A stretch of DNA of 64,000 nt from contig CAVRJO010000001.1 of the NCBI GenBank assembly GCA_963722255.1, positions 320,001-384,000 on the forward strand. The letters are read 5' to 3'. This DNA comes from Candidatus Babeliales bacterium (GTDB lineage Bacteria; Babelota; Babeliae; Babelales; JANWKD01). The notes under the pieces are model-generated. The model made no database searches, was not told the origin of the DNA, and saw only the letters and a list, made by a program, of their open reading frames with translations. Of the stretch, positions 53,657-64,000 are shown in pieces; within the stretch, counting starts at the first letter, position 1, and each line of letters opens with the position of its first letter. The position numbers and the translations under genes were made by a program.

Positions 53657-54748
53657 TTATATTTTACAATTTTTAAACTCTGAATAACCCTTTTGGGCGA
53701 GTTCAGGATCATGAGATAATCCATATTCTCTATAGAATGCATGAACTACCTGTTCGTAGATCAATGCATCATTATGAAGATCATCCTTCAAATAAGCTGA
53801 ATGAGTGGAATTTTTCAGTGTTAGACAATAGATATCTTTAACACCCGCTTTTTTAAGCGCATCACACAGATTAAACGTATTTTTAGCAGGTACTCGTTGG
53901 TCTTTTAAGGATGTAGTAAAAAGAATAGGTATTTGGTAGTAATTAGATATCATAGTAAATAAGCGAACGATTACCGGGCTTATAGGCGAAATTCCTTGAT
54001 ACTGATAACCCGTAAAAAACGATAAAGGATAGCCTAAACAGGTAAGATTATCGAATGAATCAAAACATCCCTCTAAGACAATGGCTTTTACCCTTTTTTG
54101 AGGCTTTTTTAGATATTCTAGGGCCATAAAATTAATGGTCGCAGCAGCACCCCGTGAAACTCCAAAAAGAATAATATCTTGGTTAGGGCATCCGGTACAT
54201 ATCTTATCATATTCTTGAGAAACGATTTGAATATCGTTTATTTGACCAAAATTAAGCTTTTGAAGGTCTAATATATAAGGATTTAGGGTTAACCCCTCAT
54301 TTGGTGTTTCTTCTGGTGTTTCTTCTATTGAAACCTGATACCTGTTGTTACTCTTTGTAAGAATTGATTTGCCAAGGCTGTATACACCTTTCATGCAAAG
54401 CGCACGTGGCCACCATGAACTATCTGCTTCTTGTAAAGCAGCCAATTTTGTAAGCCTGATTTCAGAAAAATTACATGCTCCGGTATATTCACCATTAATA
54501 AGCTCAAAGCCATGCTTGCCTACAATAGTTTGTCCCGTTGAAGCGGTATACCTTGAACAATACTTTGCCGCTTGATGCTCTGAGGACCAGAGGCCTGGAG
54601 CAAAGAGATAGGCATTATAAGGATTAGACCATTGGTGCGCTTTTAGAATGCACCAATGGTCTAATAAAAATAGTATAGAAATAAGTTTTAAGAGCTGATT
54701 ATTTAATATAACCTTCACAATGATTTTTAATTTTTTCACAAATTTCAT
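53657..54748 (-). CDS. Alpha/beta hydrolase (start uncertain)
   Basis: LFGVSRGAA nucleophile, KDQRVP, STH; paralog of 55483..56565. Confidence 0.8.
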   Translation of the reverse strand: MKFVKKLKIIVKVILNNQLLKLISILFLLDHWCILKAHQWSNPYNAYLFAPGLWSSEHQAAKYCSRYTASTGQTIVGKHGFELINGEYTGACNFSEIRLTKLAALQEADSSWWPRALCMKGVYSLGKSILTKSNNRYQVSIEETPEETPNEGLTLNPYILDLQKLNFGQINDIQIVSQEYDKICTGCPNQDIILFGVSRGAAATINFMALEYLKKPQKRVKAIVLEGCFDSFDNLTCLGYPLSFFTGYQYQGISPISPVIVRLFTMISNYYQIPILFTTSLKDQRVPAKNTFNLCDALKKAGVKDIYCLTLKNSTHSAYLKDDLHNDALIYEQVVHAFYREYGLSHDPELAQKGYSEFKNCKI

Positions 54749-55298
54749 CTCGTGTTACAGATTTACCAATATTTGCATAAAAATTTTCAACAAGAGAGAC
54801 CAGTGTAGAATCTTGGCGTAAATATAACCATGAGGATCGGTTACATAATTTAGCAAGTTTTTTAACCTTCTTTATTTCTTCATTATTAGGCATATAACCC
54901 CTTAGAGCAATTTCGCAATGCAGTTTAATAGTCTCTCGAATATAAATGTAATGACTAATTTGCCTATTGTATGCTCTTTTACCACATAATTTCCATAACA
55001 ACCATGGAGTTAACGTAAGAGCTACAAATCCAACGGATTGCAAACATGCATATCCTAAGCGCTCATTACATTGTTTTTTAGCACAAGCTTCTACAACTGC
55101 ACTACTCAATTCTGAACCAACAAACCATGCAAACTTAGCATATCGCTCAGGAAGCTTCCATGGATTACAAATATCAGCACAACTATTATAAGCATCTACT
55201 AAACTTTGAACAATAGTAACCTCTTGGGCCTTAAGGGGCTCACATGACGCCACACCTATAAGCGCAGCCAACAAAAGTGAATATGAAAAAATTTTCAT
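54699..55298 (-). CDS. Exported/membrane hypothetical protein
   Basis: Signal peptide MKIFSYSLLLAALIG, internal TM segment; GGAGG RBS. Confidence 0.6.
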   Translation of the reverse strand: MKIFSYSLLLAALIGVASCEPLKAQEVTIVQSLVDAYNSCADICNPWKLPERYAKFAWFVGSELSSAVVEACAKKQCNERLGYACLQSVGFVALTLTPWLLWKLCGKRAYNRQISHYIYIRETIKLHCEIALRGYMPNNEEIKKVKKLAKLCNRSSWLYLRQDSTLVSLVENFYANIGKSVTRDEICEKIKNHCEGYIK

Positions 55299-55402
55299 TG
55301 AAGAACCTCCATTATAGGTCATACCAAAAATATTTGATATATAAATCCATTTGTAATAATTAAAATAATAAAATTTAATTATATTCACTAATAAACTTAC
55401 TC

Positions 55403-55445
55403 AAATAAAAAGCCCTTGTCAAACGGCGACAAGGGCTTTTTATTT
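55403..55445. terminator. Bidirectional intrinsic terminator
   Basis: AAATAAAAAGCCCTTGTC-aaacggc-GACAAGGGCTTTTTATTT perfect inverted repeat. Confidence 0.85.
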
Positions 55446-55482
55446 TTAAAATTCTATTTGATAATTATACAATAATCTTTGT

Positions 55483-56565
55483 TTATTTTATTATGCGATT
55501 TGAATCAAAAACACAAAGTTCCAATTCCTGCTGACCTGCAAAAGCAAGCATAGGATTATGAGGAAGATTGAATTTTTTATAAAATGCATGAACTACCTTT
55601 TGGTAGCGCTGCATATCTTCGCCATTATCACAGGTATAATCTCTATGCCCAGAATTCTCAAGCTTTAAAACATAAAAATCTTTCAGCCCTTTTTCTAACA
55701 ATGCATCGCAGAGGCGCATGGTATTCTTATAAGGAACAATAGTATCAATTTCAGAGGTAACAGCCAAAACAGCAATACCGTTTTCATTACAAACTGTTAC
55801 AAAATCATCCACCAAATCTATAGGCGCTTTGCCATATCTTTTATAACGTGGTAATAAACGAATAAGTGTCTCAAAAGTAGTTACATTACGCACAGCATCA
55901 AAACAACCTTCTAAAACAATCGCTTTTACACGCTTATCAGATTTATTTTTATATTCCGTTGCTATAAAATTGAATACAGTTGCAGCACCACGCGACGTTC
56001 CATAAAGAACAATCTCCTTTTGTTCATTTTTAGAACAGCACTGATCATACTGCTTGGAATATATATCAATATCTAAATCTTGACCTATATTAAATTGAAA
56101 CGGATTTATCAGGTAAGGCTTTAAGGTTAATCCATTATGTGACTCACCCTGAACAATAATTTTATAAGGTTTTTGAAAACGCCATGTTTGAAATCCTTCA
56201 GCAAGATCATTCAACTTATTTCTTAGAATACCAATCTTGTGGCCGGCAGATTTTGTCGTTGATAAAACGATTTCAGCAAAATTGCATGAGACAGTGGCTG
56301 CACCATTAACAAGCTCAAGCGCTTGCGAACAATAAACAGATTCTCCTGTAGAAGCTTTATACTGAGAGCAATATTTTCCTACAATATATTCAGAACAGAG
56401 AATGCCCGGGGCAAAAAGGTATTGCGCGCCTTGACCAGACCAAAAATGTTGAACTTCAGGTTGGGATACTTCATTATTAGTAATTTCCTGGCTTTTTGCC
56501 TGGAAAATCATTAAAAAAAGTGCTCCATAAAGGAATTTGGGTAAAAAAACAGTAATTTTTTTCAT
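55483..56565 (-). CDS. Exported alpha/beta hydrolase
   Basis: Signal peptide, LYGTSRGAA, IDTIVP, SGH. Confidence 0.8.
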   Translation of the reverse strand: MKKITVFLPKFLYGALFLMIFQAKSQEITNNEVSQPEVQHFWSGQGAQYLFAPGILCSEYIVGKYCSQYKASTGESVYCSQALELVNGAATVSCNFAEIVLSTTKSAGHKIGILRNKLNDLAEGFQTWRFQKPYKIIVQGESHNGLTLKPYLINPFQFNIGQDLDIDIYSKQYDQCCSKNEQKEIVLYGTSRGAATVFNFIATEYKNKSDKRVKAIVLEGCFDAVRNVTTFETLIRLLPRYKRYGKAPIDLVDDFVTVCNENGIAVLAVTSEIDTIVPYKNTMRLCDALLEKGLKDFYVLKLENSGHRDYTCDNGEDMQRYQKVVHAFYKKFNLPHNPMLAFAGQQELELCVFDSNRIIK

Positions 56566-56690
56566 ATACGCTCCATTTAGTTATCGAAATAATTCACATT
56601 TGAATTAATAACCTATAGCTCTATAGTATAATTTTTTACCATTCTTGTCAAATCATTTAAAAAATAAATAGCCATACCAAGAGATTTCAT

Positions 56691-56719
56691 TTGACAAAAT
56701 TTACAATTTGTCTTAGGAT
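56691..56719 (+). promoter_or_regulatory. sigma70 promoter of the DEAD-box helicase
   Basis: TTGACA-17-TAGGAT, implying a ~180-nt 5' UTR. Confidence 0.65.
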
Positions 56720-56908
56720 TAAAGAGAATCCTATGAAGGCGCACAACGGTATGCCCTTCTGGGTCACTGTAAAAGCGTTAAAAAACAACTATTCATGATA
56801 ATTCAACAAAACCGTAATCAGCGTCATTTTAGCTTACTTATCAGTAATATCTAAGGTGTATGTTATTTTCGTTGAAAAAATTCAGAGAATAGCCTTATAG
56901 GATATATT

Positions 56909-58657
56909 ATGCCAGATAGAACATTTAAAAATTTATCTTTATCCCCAAATATTGCAAAAGCCCTTGATACTCTTGGCTTTTTGAAACCAACCGAAATCCA
57001 AAGCAAAGCAATACCCATGCTTCTTACCTCTAAAAAGGTGGATTTCCATGGTCAGGCACAAACAGGAACAGGAAAAACTTTAGCTTTTGGGATACCTTTA
57101 ATTCAAACAATCGATGAATCAAATAACACCACTCAAGCTCTTATTGTAGCCCCTACACGCGAACTTGTTGTACAAATTTGCCAAAGTTTAAAGAGTGTTG
57201 CTCAATATATGAATATTTCAATAGAAGCCATTTATGGTGGCGTTTCTATGGAAGATCAAATACGTGCGTTGAGAAAAGGTGCTCACATTGTTGTGGGAAC
57301 CCCAGGAAGACTTAATGATCATTTACGTCGTAAAACCCTCAATCTTCAAACATTAAAAACCCTTGTTCTTGATGAAGCTGATATTATGCTTGATATGGGC
57401 TTTAAAGAAGAAGTTGATGAAATTTTAAAATATGCTTCAAATGATCGTCAAATTTGGCTTTTCTCTGCTACGGTAAAGCAAGGGATTCACGATATTATGC
57501 AACGCCATATGAAAAACCCAGTGTCGGTACGAGTAAGCCAACAAAACGTGGGAACAAGTAATACAGCACAATTTTTCTCAATTGTTCCTATGCGCGATCG
57601 TATTGCAGCATTAAGCAGATTCATTGATAGCGTTCCTGAATTTTATGGATTTATTTTCTGCCAAACAAAAATTTTAACCGCTGAAGTTGCTGAGCATCTT
57701 ATGCGCCGCGGCTATAAAGCTAATGCACTTCATGGCGATATGAGCCAAGTACAAAGAAACCGTGTTATTAAACGATTCAAACAAAGAGAGTTCACTATTC
57801 TCGTTGCAACTGATGTTGCTGCTCGCGGGATCGACGTCTCTGATACTACACACGTAATAAACTACTCATTACCTGATGACCAAGAAAGCTACATCCACCG
57901 CGTTGGAAGAACAGGCAGAGCTGGTAAAGAAGGTGTTGCAATTACTTTTGTTAGCCATAGTGATGTACGCCGTATCGGTAGCCTACAACGCATGTTTAAG
58001 CTAACAATCAATCCTCTTGATGTACCAACTGCAGATACTATTGCGCAAGTAAGAATCAACCAAGCTACAGAATATTTAGCATCTACAATAGCTCATCAAG
58101 AAAAAACAACCCCTTACCATTCTCAACTACAAGCACTCGTTGCAAACTATTCACAAACAGAGCTTGCTCATGCAGTTGCTTCTTTCTTAGATGAAAAGTT
58201 TCTCGGTTATATAAATTCTGATCAAGAAATAAAGTTTACATCATCAAGTCAACCTTCACACAATTATAGCTCCGATTCCAATGAGAATTCAGGATTACAG
58301 GAAATATATTTGAACGTTGGATCCGATGACGGTTTAACCAAGCAAGATATTATTGATTTCTTGAAGAAAAATTCAAGCATTCAAGAAAATCAATGCGAAA
58401 AAATCAAAGTTATAAAACGAAGAACATTTATTGTTGTTCCTATCGATCTTGTTACATCAATAAAATCAACACTTCAGGGTCAGACTCTTGGCGGAAGAAA
58501 AGTACGCGTTGATCTAACTCAGGATGATTCAGGTTCTTTCCGCGGTGGCGATACCCGCAAAAGAAGCGATTCATTTGGCGGCAACAGACGCGATAAAAGG
58601 CAAGGCGGTGGCAATGGCAAACGCCGTAGCAACAGCAAAAGAGAATATTCTTATTAA
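56909..58657 (+). CDS. deaD: DEAD-box RNA helicase (DeaD/CsdA type with DbpA-like RNA-binding domain)
   Basis: AQTGTGKT, PTREL, DEAD, SAT, HRVGRTGRAG; C-terminal YLNVGSDDG domain and G/R-rich tail. Confidence 0.88.
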   Translation: MPDRTFKNLSLSPNIAKALDTLGFLKPTEIQSKAIPMLLTSKKVDFHGQAQTGTGKTLAFGIPLIQTIDESNNTTQALIVAPTRELVVQICQSLKSVAQYMNISIEAIYGGVSMEDQIRALRKGAHIVVGTPGRLNDHLRRKTLNLQTLKTLVLDEADIMLDMGFKEEVDEILKYASNDRQIWLFSATVKQGIHDIMQRHMKNPVSVRVSQQNVGTSNTAQFFSIVPMRDRIAALSRFIDSVPEFYGFIFCQTKILTAEVAEHLMRRGYKANALHGDMSQVQRNRVIKRFKQREFTILVATDVAARGIDVSDTTHVINYSLPDDQESYIHRVGRTGRAGKEGVAITFVSHSDVRRIGSLQRMFKLTINPLDVPTADTIAQVRINQATEYLASTIAHQEKTTPYHSQLQALVANYSQTELAHAVASFLDEKFLGYINSDQEIKFTSSSQPSHNYSSDSNENSGLQEIYLNVGSDDGLTKQDIIDFLKKNSSIQENQCEKIKVIKRRTFIVVPIDLVTSIKSTLQGQTLGGRKVRVDLTQDDSGSFRGGDTRKRSDSFGGNRRDKRQGGGNGKRRSNSKREYSY

Positions 58658-58684
58658 TAGTAAAGAATATAGTATAAAATGATT

Positions 58685-58714
58685 AAAAGGCTCCTTGAAA
58701 AAGGGGCCTTTTTT
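58685..58714 (+). terminator. Intrinsic terminator after helicase
   Basis: AAAAGGCTCCTT-gaaa-AAGGGGCCTTTTTT. Confidence 0.8.
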
Positions 58715-58790
58715 CATTCATATCTCCCAAAAAAAGTTAAAAACACGTATCCTAAAAAGAGAGAAATAGGGTTAAACAATAAAGGATACA

Positions 58791-59543
58791 ATGCTTCAGA
58801 TACTTATCTTCTTTTTCATAGTTACACCTTCATCTCTCTTTTCAATGAAAATAACAACGCCAAGAGTGGAAGAGATTACCACTGAAGATCTTTTGAAAAA
58901 AGCAGTTGGAATCTTACATAAAAAGAATCCACACTATAAAATTTTTAACCCTTCAAATGACATTAGGAATCTTTCGTTTTTGTCACCTCATTTAAAAAAA
59001 TATAATCCACTCAAAAAAAAGCTAAAAAAATATGAAAAAGAACTTTCAACACTCTATTTAATAACCATGCAGCATCTAAATTCTGTTGGCACTGCTCAAA
59101 ATGAAACCAAAAGTTTCCTTGTTGATATTAAACGATTTTATATCAACTGTTTACCTAATTATCCGGAAAATGTTGAGCAGAAATGTACTGTATTAACCAA
59201 TTATTTTTCAAAATCATCGATTAACTCCACTACACTATTCCAAGAAATCCCTTCTGCTTTTCACCAACAGCTTAAAAGCCTCCTCGATTCCTTTTTAAAG
59301 CAGTATCCACATCTTAAAATTAGCACCATTATTACGCTCGACAGATCTGAAGAGGCGGGATATTTTGCACTCTTACGATTTACAGAAAAAGAAAATCCTG
59401 CAGTGCATGAAACAGTTTACGAACTACAAAGCATGAAACAGTTTTGCTGGGATATTGGCTGCAGTTCAATTAAAGAATATTATGAAAAGCATCGTCTCTT
59501 TTTTATACATGAGCTTCACAAACCACAAGGACACCGTGTATAA
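58791..59543 (+). CDS. Secreted hypothetical protein
   Basis: Hydrophobic N-terminus ...SLFS|MK; AAGGA RBS. Confidence 0.6.
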   Translation: MLQILIFFFIVTPSSLFSMKITTPRVEEITTEDLLKKAVGILHKKNPHYKIFNPSNDIRNLSFLSPHLKKYNPLKKKLKKYEKELSTLYLITMQHLNSVGTAQNETKSFLVDIKRFYINCLPNYPENVEQKCTVLTNYFSKSSINSTTLFQEIPSAFHQQLKSLLDSFLKQYPHLKISTIITLDRSEEAGYFALLRFTEKENPAVHETVYELQSMKQFCWDIGCSSIKEYYEKHRLFFIHELHKPQGHRV

Positions 59544-59579
59544 TAGTTGTAAAAAACATTATATAGTAAAGGATTTTTT

Positions 59580-59822
59580 ATGCTCAAGCTCATTACACAC
59601 TGTATTCTTATTGCTTGTTCATACACAAGCTATGCTATGAATCAACCACAACAACAGCAACCAAATAATAACCAAACACAGCAGCAACAATATCCACAAT
59701 TTACCCCAGCATCTCACTTTACTCCAGCACGAGAACAGAAATTTAAAACAGTTGCAGCTAATGCAGTAAATGCAGTAAATAATCAAAACAGAAACGGTAA
59801 GCCTAAAAAGTTCATAAACTAA
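59580..59822 (+). CDS. Small secreted Q/N-rich protein
   Basis: Signal peptide ...SYA|MNQPQQQQPNNNQTQQQQ; AAGGA RBS. Confidence 0.6.
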   Translation: MLKLITHCILIACSYTSYAMNQPQQQQPNNNQTQQQQYPQFTPASHFTPAREQKFKTVAANAVNAVNNQNRNGKPKKFIN

Positions 59823-59834
59823 TTTATTAAAAAG

Positions 59835-61106
59835 TTACTTTTCAGCTTTCACAACAGGAAGCGAATCCCACCGCGTTGTATATGCAGGTGATCGTTGAGT
59901 TTGAGTAGGCATTAACGAATTTTTTGATCCCTGCGCAGCAGAACGGACCATCTGAGAACCCCAAACACTGTTAAGTTCATCAACAACAACCATTAAACGT
60001 CTCATACGGTCATTAGGCGCAGCATCATCAAACAAAGGTTTTTGCCATTGCTCAGATGAAACAATATCAGAAAGAATAACCCCCGCTCTTTTATACTCAT
60101 GTCCTTGCCTATAGAGCAAATTCACTACCGTTTGCGCATAATTAAGAAGTAATGGCGTCACATCAGTCGCGTAGGGCAGCTCCAGTTCACGATATGGCGC
60201 ATATCGTTCTTGCTTGTCATAGCGCCCCGTTGCTATAAAAATGGTCATGCATTGTGCTAGCGAATTTTGCTGCCGTAACTTTTCCGTTGCGCGTGCAATA
60301 AAATTTGCGATAGCCTGCTGCATCAATATTTCACTCGTTATAGGAATCTTAAATGAACGTGTACATGCAATTGATTGCTTAGATGGAACGTATTCAAGCA
60401 ACTCATTACATTGAACTCCGCGCAGTTCCCATACTGTTTTAAGGCCGGTAATATTCATAAGCGATCTAATAAAAGCATCATCACGCTGCACAAGATCATA
60501 GGCTGTTTTGATAGCATAATGCTCCAATGTGCGAGCATAACGCCTACCTATTCCCCAAATATCGCCAACGGGAACAGCCCTTAGAAGTTGATTAGGATCA
60601 TCTAATTGCGTACTATCATAGACGCCTTTCAAACTCTGATTTTTTTTTGCCCGTTGATTAGCTAATTTTGCCCGAGTTTTTGTAGAACCAATACCAATGG
60701 AAACAGGAATTCCTGTCCATTGATAAATAGTAGTACGCAATGATTGCGCAGCATCTTGGCCGTTAACACCTGGCATAAAGGTAACAAATGCTTCATCAAT
60801 TGAATATATTTCACAGGTGACTACATTCTTTTTAATAACATGCATCACGCGCGCTGAGAGATCTGCATATAAAGCAAAATTAGCTGAACATGCAACACCA
60901 TTTGTTCGCTTCAATAATGATGAGTATTGAAAATAAGGAGCTCCCATTGGAATGCCAAGGTCTTTAGCCTCTTGCGAACGCGCAACAACGCATCCATCGT
61001 TATTGGATAATACAACAACGGGACGATTTTTAAGCTTTGGATTAAATAATCGCTCACAAGAAACATAGAAATTATTACAATCTACAAGGGCTATAGGAGT
61101 ATTCAT
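59835..61106 (-). CDS. umuC: Y-family DNA polymerase V catalytic subunit
   Basis: [28 protein letters not shown]-terminal SPAYTTRW. Confidence 0.94.
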   Translation of the reverse strand: MNTPIALVDCNNFYVSCERLFNPKLKNRPVVVLSNNDGCVVARSQEAKDLGIPMGAPYFQYSSLLKRTNGVACSANFALYADLSARVMHVIKKNVVTCEIYSIDEAFVTFMPGVNGQDAAQSLRTTIYQWTGIPVSIGIGSTKTRAKLANQRAKKNQSLKGVYDSTQLDDPNQLLRAVPVGDIWGIGRRYARTLEHYAIKTAYDLVQRDDAFIRSLMNITGLKTVWELRGVQCNELLEYVPSKQSIACTRSFKIPITSEILMQQAIANFIARATEKLRQQNSLAQCMTIFIATGRYDKQERYAPYRELELPYATDVTPLLLNYAQTVVNLLYRQGHEYKRAGVILSDIVSSEQWQKPLFDDAAPNDRMRRLMVVVDELNSVWGSQMVRSAAQGSKNSLMPTQTQRSPAYTTRWDSLPVVKAEK

Positions 61107-61110
61107 TATA

Positions 61111-61572
61111 TTACGAAGCTTTATGAATGATATATGATACAACGCCCCAAATCTCAATATCCATTTCAGGCGTCAATAATAATGGTTTATAATTTTTATT
61201 AGCAGGTACTAAATAAACCTGCTCACCACGCTTCTCAACTCTTTTGACGGTAAATTCGCCCTGAATATGTGCAATAACAATAGTTCCATGATTCACCGCC
61301 AACGCTCGGTCAATAATCAAAATATCTCCCGATTGTATTCCGGCATCAATCATCGAATTTCCTTCAACACGAACAAAAAAAGTTGCCGCAGGATGTTGCA
61401 CTAAATATTCATTAAGATCAAGCTTTTGTTCAACATAATCATCAGCAGGAGAAGGGAAGCCTGCTGAAATATGATTCATTAAAAGCGGAAATGCTATCTT
61501 TGGAGCGCTTCCATCAACACCAAAGATTTTTATGTCAATTAAATTTTTATTTTTTTTATATTTTTGTTCCAT
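61111..61572 (-). CDS. umuD: DNA polymerase V accessory subunit UmuD (S24 peptidase)
   Basis: [19 protein letters not shown]. Confidence 0.94.
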   Translation of the reverse strand: MEQKYKKNKNLIDIKIFGVDGSAPKIAFPLLMNHISAGFPSPADDYVEQKLDLNEYLVQHPAATFFVRVEGNSMIDAGIQSGDILIIDRALAVNHGTIVIAHIQGEFTVKRVEKRGEQVYLVPANKNYKPLLLTPEMDIEIWGVVSYIIHKAS

Positions 61573-61639
61573 ATGAAAAATAGTGTAACACAAACTGTAT
61601 TTTTCACAAGAAAAAACGCGGCGTACAAATAAAAAAGCG

Positions 61640-63208
61640 CTATCGAAAAACATCACTCAAAGACTTTGATGTGCATGTTACCGTCAACTTAGAATCTTCA
61701 TGATTGCAAGAAAGACCAACAAGCACAACCTCTTTTTTCTTTTGTGCTAAATACCGTTCATAATATTTTTGCGATTCTATCTGATTCATCGCTTCTTGTG
61801 CGCTCTTTTTGAATTTTAACTCAAAAATATACACATGCGTTTTGGTTGTAATCACTAAATCGATTCTTCCTCGATTGGTAACCACTTCCGATTGAATATC
61901 CATTCCAAGCAAATTACCAAGTAACTGGAAAAGTGAATGGTAATAGCGTTCTTGCGCAATATGAAGGTTATACGGAATATGTGCAAACAAGCTTTGCAAA
62001 ATAGTACAAAACTGCTGAATATTATTGTTTCTAAGCGCCATGCGCAATTGTGACGTGCTATGCTCTACTGCAAAACTAGTTGAATTCACCAGCGCCGCAA
62101 AGATATATTTTTGAAATGAATCGCGTGTTTCTTGATTAGGATAATCAAGCATATATTTACGCGTGTGTTTATCATAATCTGCTATGGTTAAATACCCTGT
62201 TTGAAAAAGAACAATAATAAGATGAATATAATCAATATCAAAGCTTCCTAACGTTTCACTGCTCCACTCTATTTCTTGAATATTATCAAGCGATTCATAC
62301 TCTTTTTTGAGTAGCTCAACTAAAAAACTGGGTGTTCCACTTTCAAACCAGTAGTTACTAAACTCTTTATCTTTCAAATAATAGAGCACTGAAAACGGAT
62401 TATACACTAATGATTTAACACGTGAAAAACGATAGCCATTATACCAATGGCGCATCTCTTGCACAATAACTTGTTTTGATGTTTCGTGCTCCTTTGCAGC
62501 TGCTTCAATATACCCTGAAAAATAGTGTTTTAACTCATCTTCTGTATAACCCAATAGAGTTGCTGCTTCAGGCTTCATCGAAATATCGTTTAAGTTGTTA
62601 AGACCTGAGAAAATCGATGTCTTTGAAAATTTACTGACGCCAGTTAAAAGTATAAAATGCAAATATGCATCAAGACCCTTGAGCACTCCATAAAAACTTC
62701 GCAAGACATCGCGTTGTTTTTGTGCTTCTTCAATATTTTTTAGGTGATCTAAAATAGGTTTATCATACTCATCAATAAGTACCACCACTTTATTTTTTTT
62801 TGATAACTCAACAACTAATCGATCAAGAGTCCATTCAGGAACATCTGAATCTTCAATCTCAATAGTATATTCTCTGGCGATTTCTAATAACTTTTTGTTA
62901 ATACTCATTCTTAGTTCAAGCGAATCTAAATGCGCAATACGTCCAAAATCTAGATGAATAACTGGATACTCTTGCCAATTATAATCACTTGAATCTATCC
63001 AAAGATCGGAAAACAAAGCTCTTTTATTAGAAAAAATTTCTTTAAGTGTTGAAATGAGCAACGATTTACCAAATCGACGTGGGCGTGATAAAAAATAGTA
63101 GCGACCCGCATTTATAAGATTATAGATAATCTCAGTCTTATCGACATAAAGATAGTCATTCATTCGCATTGTTTCAAAAGTACTAACATCAATCGGCAAT
63201 TTTTTCAT
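61640..63208 (-). CDS. AAA-ATPase-like protein with C-terminal PD-(D/E)XK nuclease domain
   Basis: YVDKT, RPRRFGKSL, LIDEYDKP, GRIDL...IFELK. Confidence 0.9.
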   Translation of the reverse strand: MKKLPIDVSTFETMRMNDYLYVDKTEIIYNLINAGRYYFLSRPRRFGKSLLISTLKEIFSNKRALFSDLWIDSSDYNWQEYPVIHLDFGRIAHLDSLELRMSINKKLLEIAREYTIEIEDSDVPEWTLDRLVVELSKKNKVVVLIDEYDKPILDHLKNIEEAQKQRDVLRSFYGVLKGLDAYLHFILLTGVSKFSKTSIFSGLNNLNDISMKPEAATLLGYTEDELKHYFSGYIEAAAKEHETSKQVIVQEMRHWYNGYRFSRVKSLVYNPFSVLYYLKDKEFSNYWFESGTPSFLVELLKKEYESLDNIQEIEWSSETLGSFDIDYIHLIIVLFQTGYLTIADYDKHTRKYMLDYPNQETRDSFQKYIFAALVNSTSFAVEHSTSQLRMALRNNNIQQFCTILQSLFAHIPYNLHIAQERYYHSLFQLLGNLLGMDIQSEVVTNRGRIDLVITTKTHVYIFELKFKKSAQEAMNQIESQKYYERYLAQKKKEVVLVGLSCNHEDSKLTVTCTSKSLSDVFR

Positions 63209-63233
63209 CCAACACCTTATTCATCAAAATAGT

Positions 63234-64000
63234 TCACAAAATCTCGTGCATATCGTGCGCAAAGCTAGTTACTATAGCATCGCGAGTAAAAGGCTCAATC
63301 GATTTTTTAAGACAATAACGATATACAATCAGATGAAATATGCCTTCTAGACTACGTATTATACACATTATGAGTGCTAAGAACAAAAAAAAGAGCGCTA
63401 TACCCGCCATTCCATTGGTTTTTGCACCAATAAGATGCGCAAGAGGACTTGCAAAACACAATGCAAGGAAAAAAATAAGCATTACAAATGAAAATCTTGC
63501 CATTACCTTACCTCCAAACAACTCTTCCATAACTATTCTTGATTTTTCTATAGCCTTTCTCAGAGAAAGCCGATTCAATACCAGCAAAGGCACAACTAAA
63601 AATGTTGCTTCAAGCCAATTATCGGCTCGTGCTTGATAAATATAATCTCTACCTCCCAAAAGATCCACATGACGCCTCAAGAACTTTTTTATTCCCGATT
63701 CTCCAACAATGACTAATAACGTTTTTAAATATGCATATTGCATAAGCTCACGATATGAAAAAACTGCTCTACAAAAACTTTGATACCATGAAAAATGTAA
63801 TTGATCCTCATAAAGAGTAGTGAGTGCATCTGCTAATGCTGCTTTTGCAAGCAACATAAAAAAAGTCACAAAGCATGATAGGGGCGCTATAAACACAGCA
63901 AATAAAAAACCTAGCTCCCACAACGATAAAAATCCCCATAACTCTAGTGTTTCATGATTAAATATATGAATCCCATACCGGAAATAAATGAAAAAAAGCA
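63234..64000 (-). CDS. Polytopic membrane hypothetical protein, 5'-partial
   Basis: Frame stays open to the window edge; several hydrophobic helices. Confidence 0.6.
   Translation of the reverse strand, partial: LFFIYFRYGIHIFNHETLELWGFLSLWELGFLFAVFIAPLSCFVTFFMLLAKAALADALTTLYEDQLHFSWYQSFCRAVFSYRELMQYAYLKTLLVIVGESGIKKFLRRHVDLLGGRDYIYQARADNWLEATFLVVPLLVLNRLSLRKAIEKSRIVMEELFGGKVMARFSFVMLIFFLALCFASPLAHLIGAKTNGMAGIALFFLFLALIMCIIRSLEGIFHLIVYRYCLKKSIEPFTRDAIVTSFAHDMHEIL

Noticed and set aside
58679..58885. 68-aa ORF after the helicase
   Set aside because: Spans the terminator and overlaps the better-supported 58791 ORF.

Overview
AT-rich bacterial chromosome segment. Gene content (many signal-peptide orphan proteins with eukaryote-like domains, compact housekeeping operons) suggests an intracellular protist parasite of Ca. 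Dependentiae/Babelota (TM6); this is inference and should be confirmed from the 16S gene. The window holds pnp-rpsO-tRNA-Val, the tRNA/rpmG/secE/nusG/rplKAJL/rpoBC cluster (no tuf), an orphan atpG, a RelE-type toxin-antitoxin pair, murA, tdk, radA, tkt, a complete rRNA operon (16S-Ile-Ala-23S-5S), gmk, an intact IS1202-family element with a 17-bp target duplication, prfB, a DEAD-box helicase, umuDC and an AAA/PD-(D/E)XK gene. Bases 1-8100 carry many frameshifts in essential genes, most likely sequencing indels. The most interesting signal is a set of candidate host-directed effectors: two Skp1/POZ-WD40 fusions sharing a near-identical basic tail, a ~1300-aa protein ending in a Josephin-like protease domain, HPD-less J-domain proteins and a small protein with a KKVRF (PP1-docking-like) motif. 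Most share a signal peptide followed immediately by Met-Glu/Asp/Asn. Also noted: a possible RNA switch in the helicase 5' UTR, a MITE with REP-like palindromes, and a deleted GMC oxidoreductase remnant.
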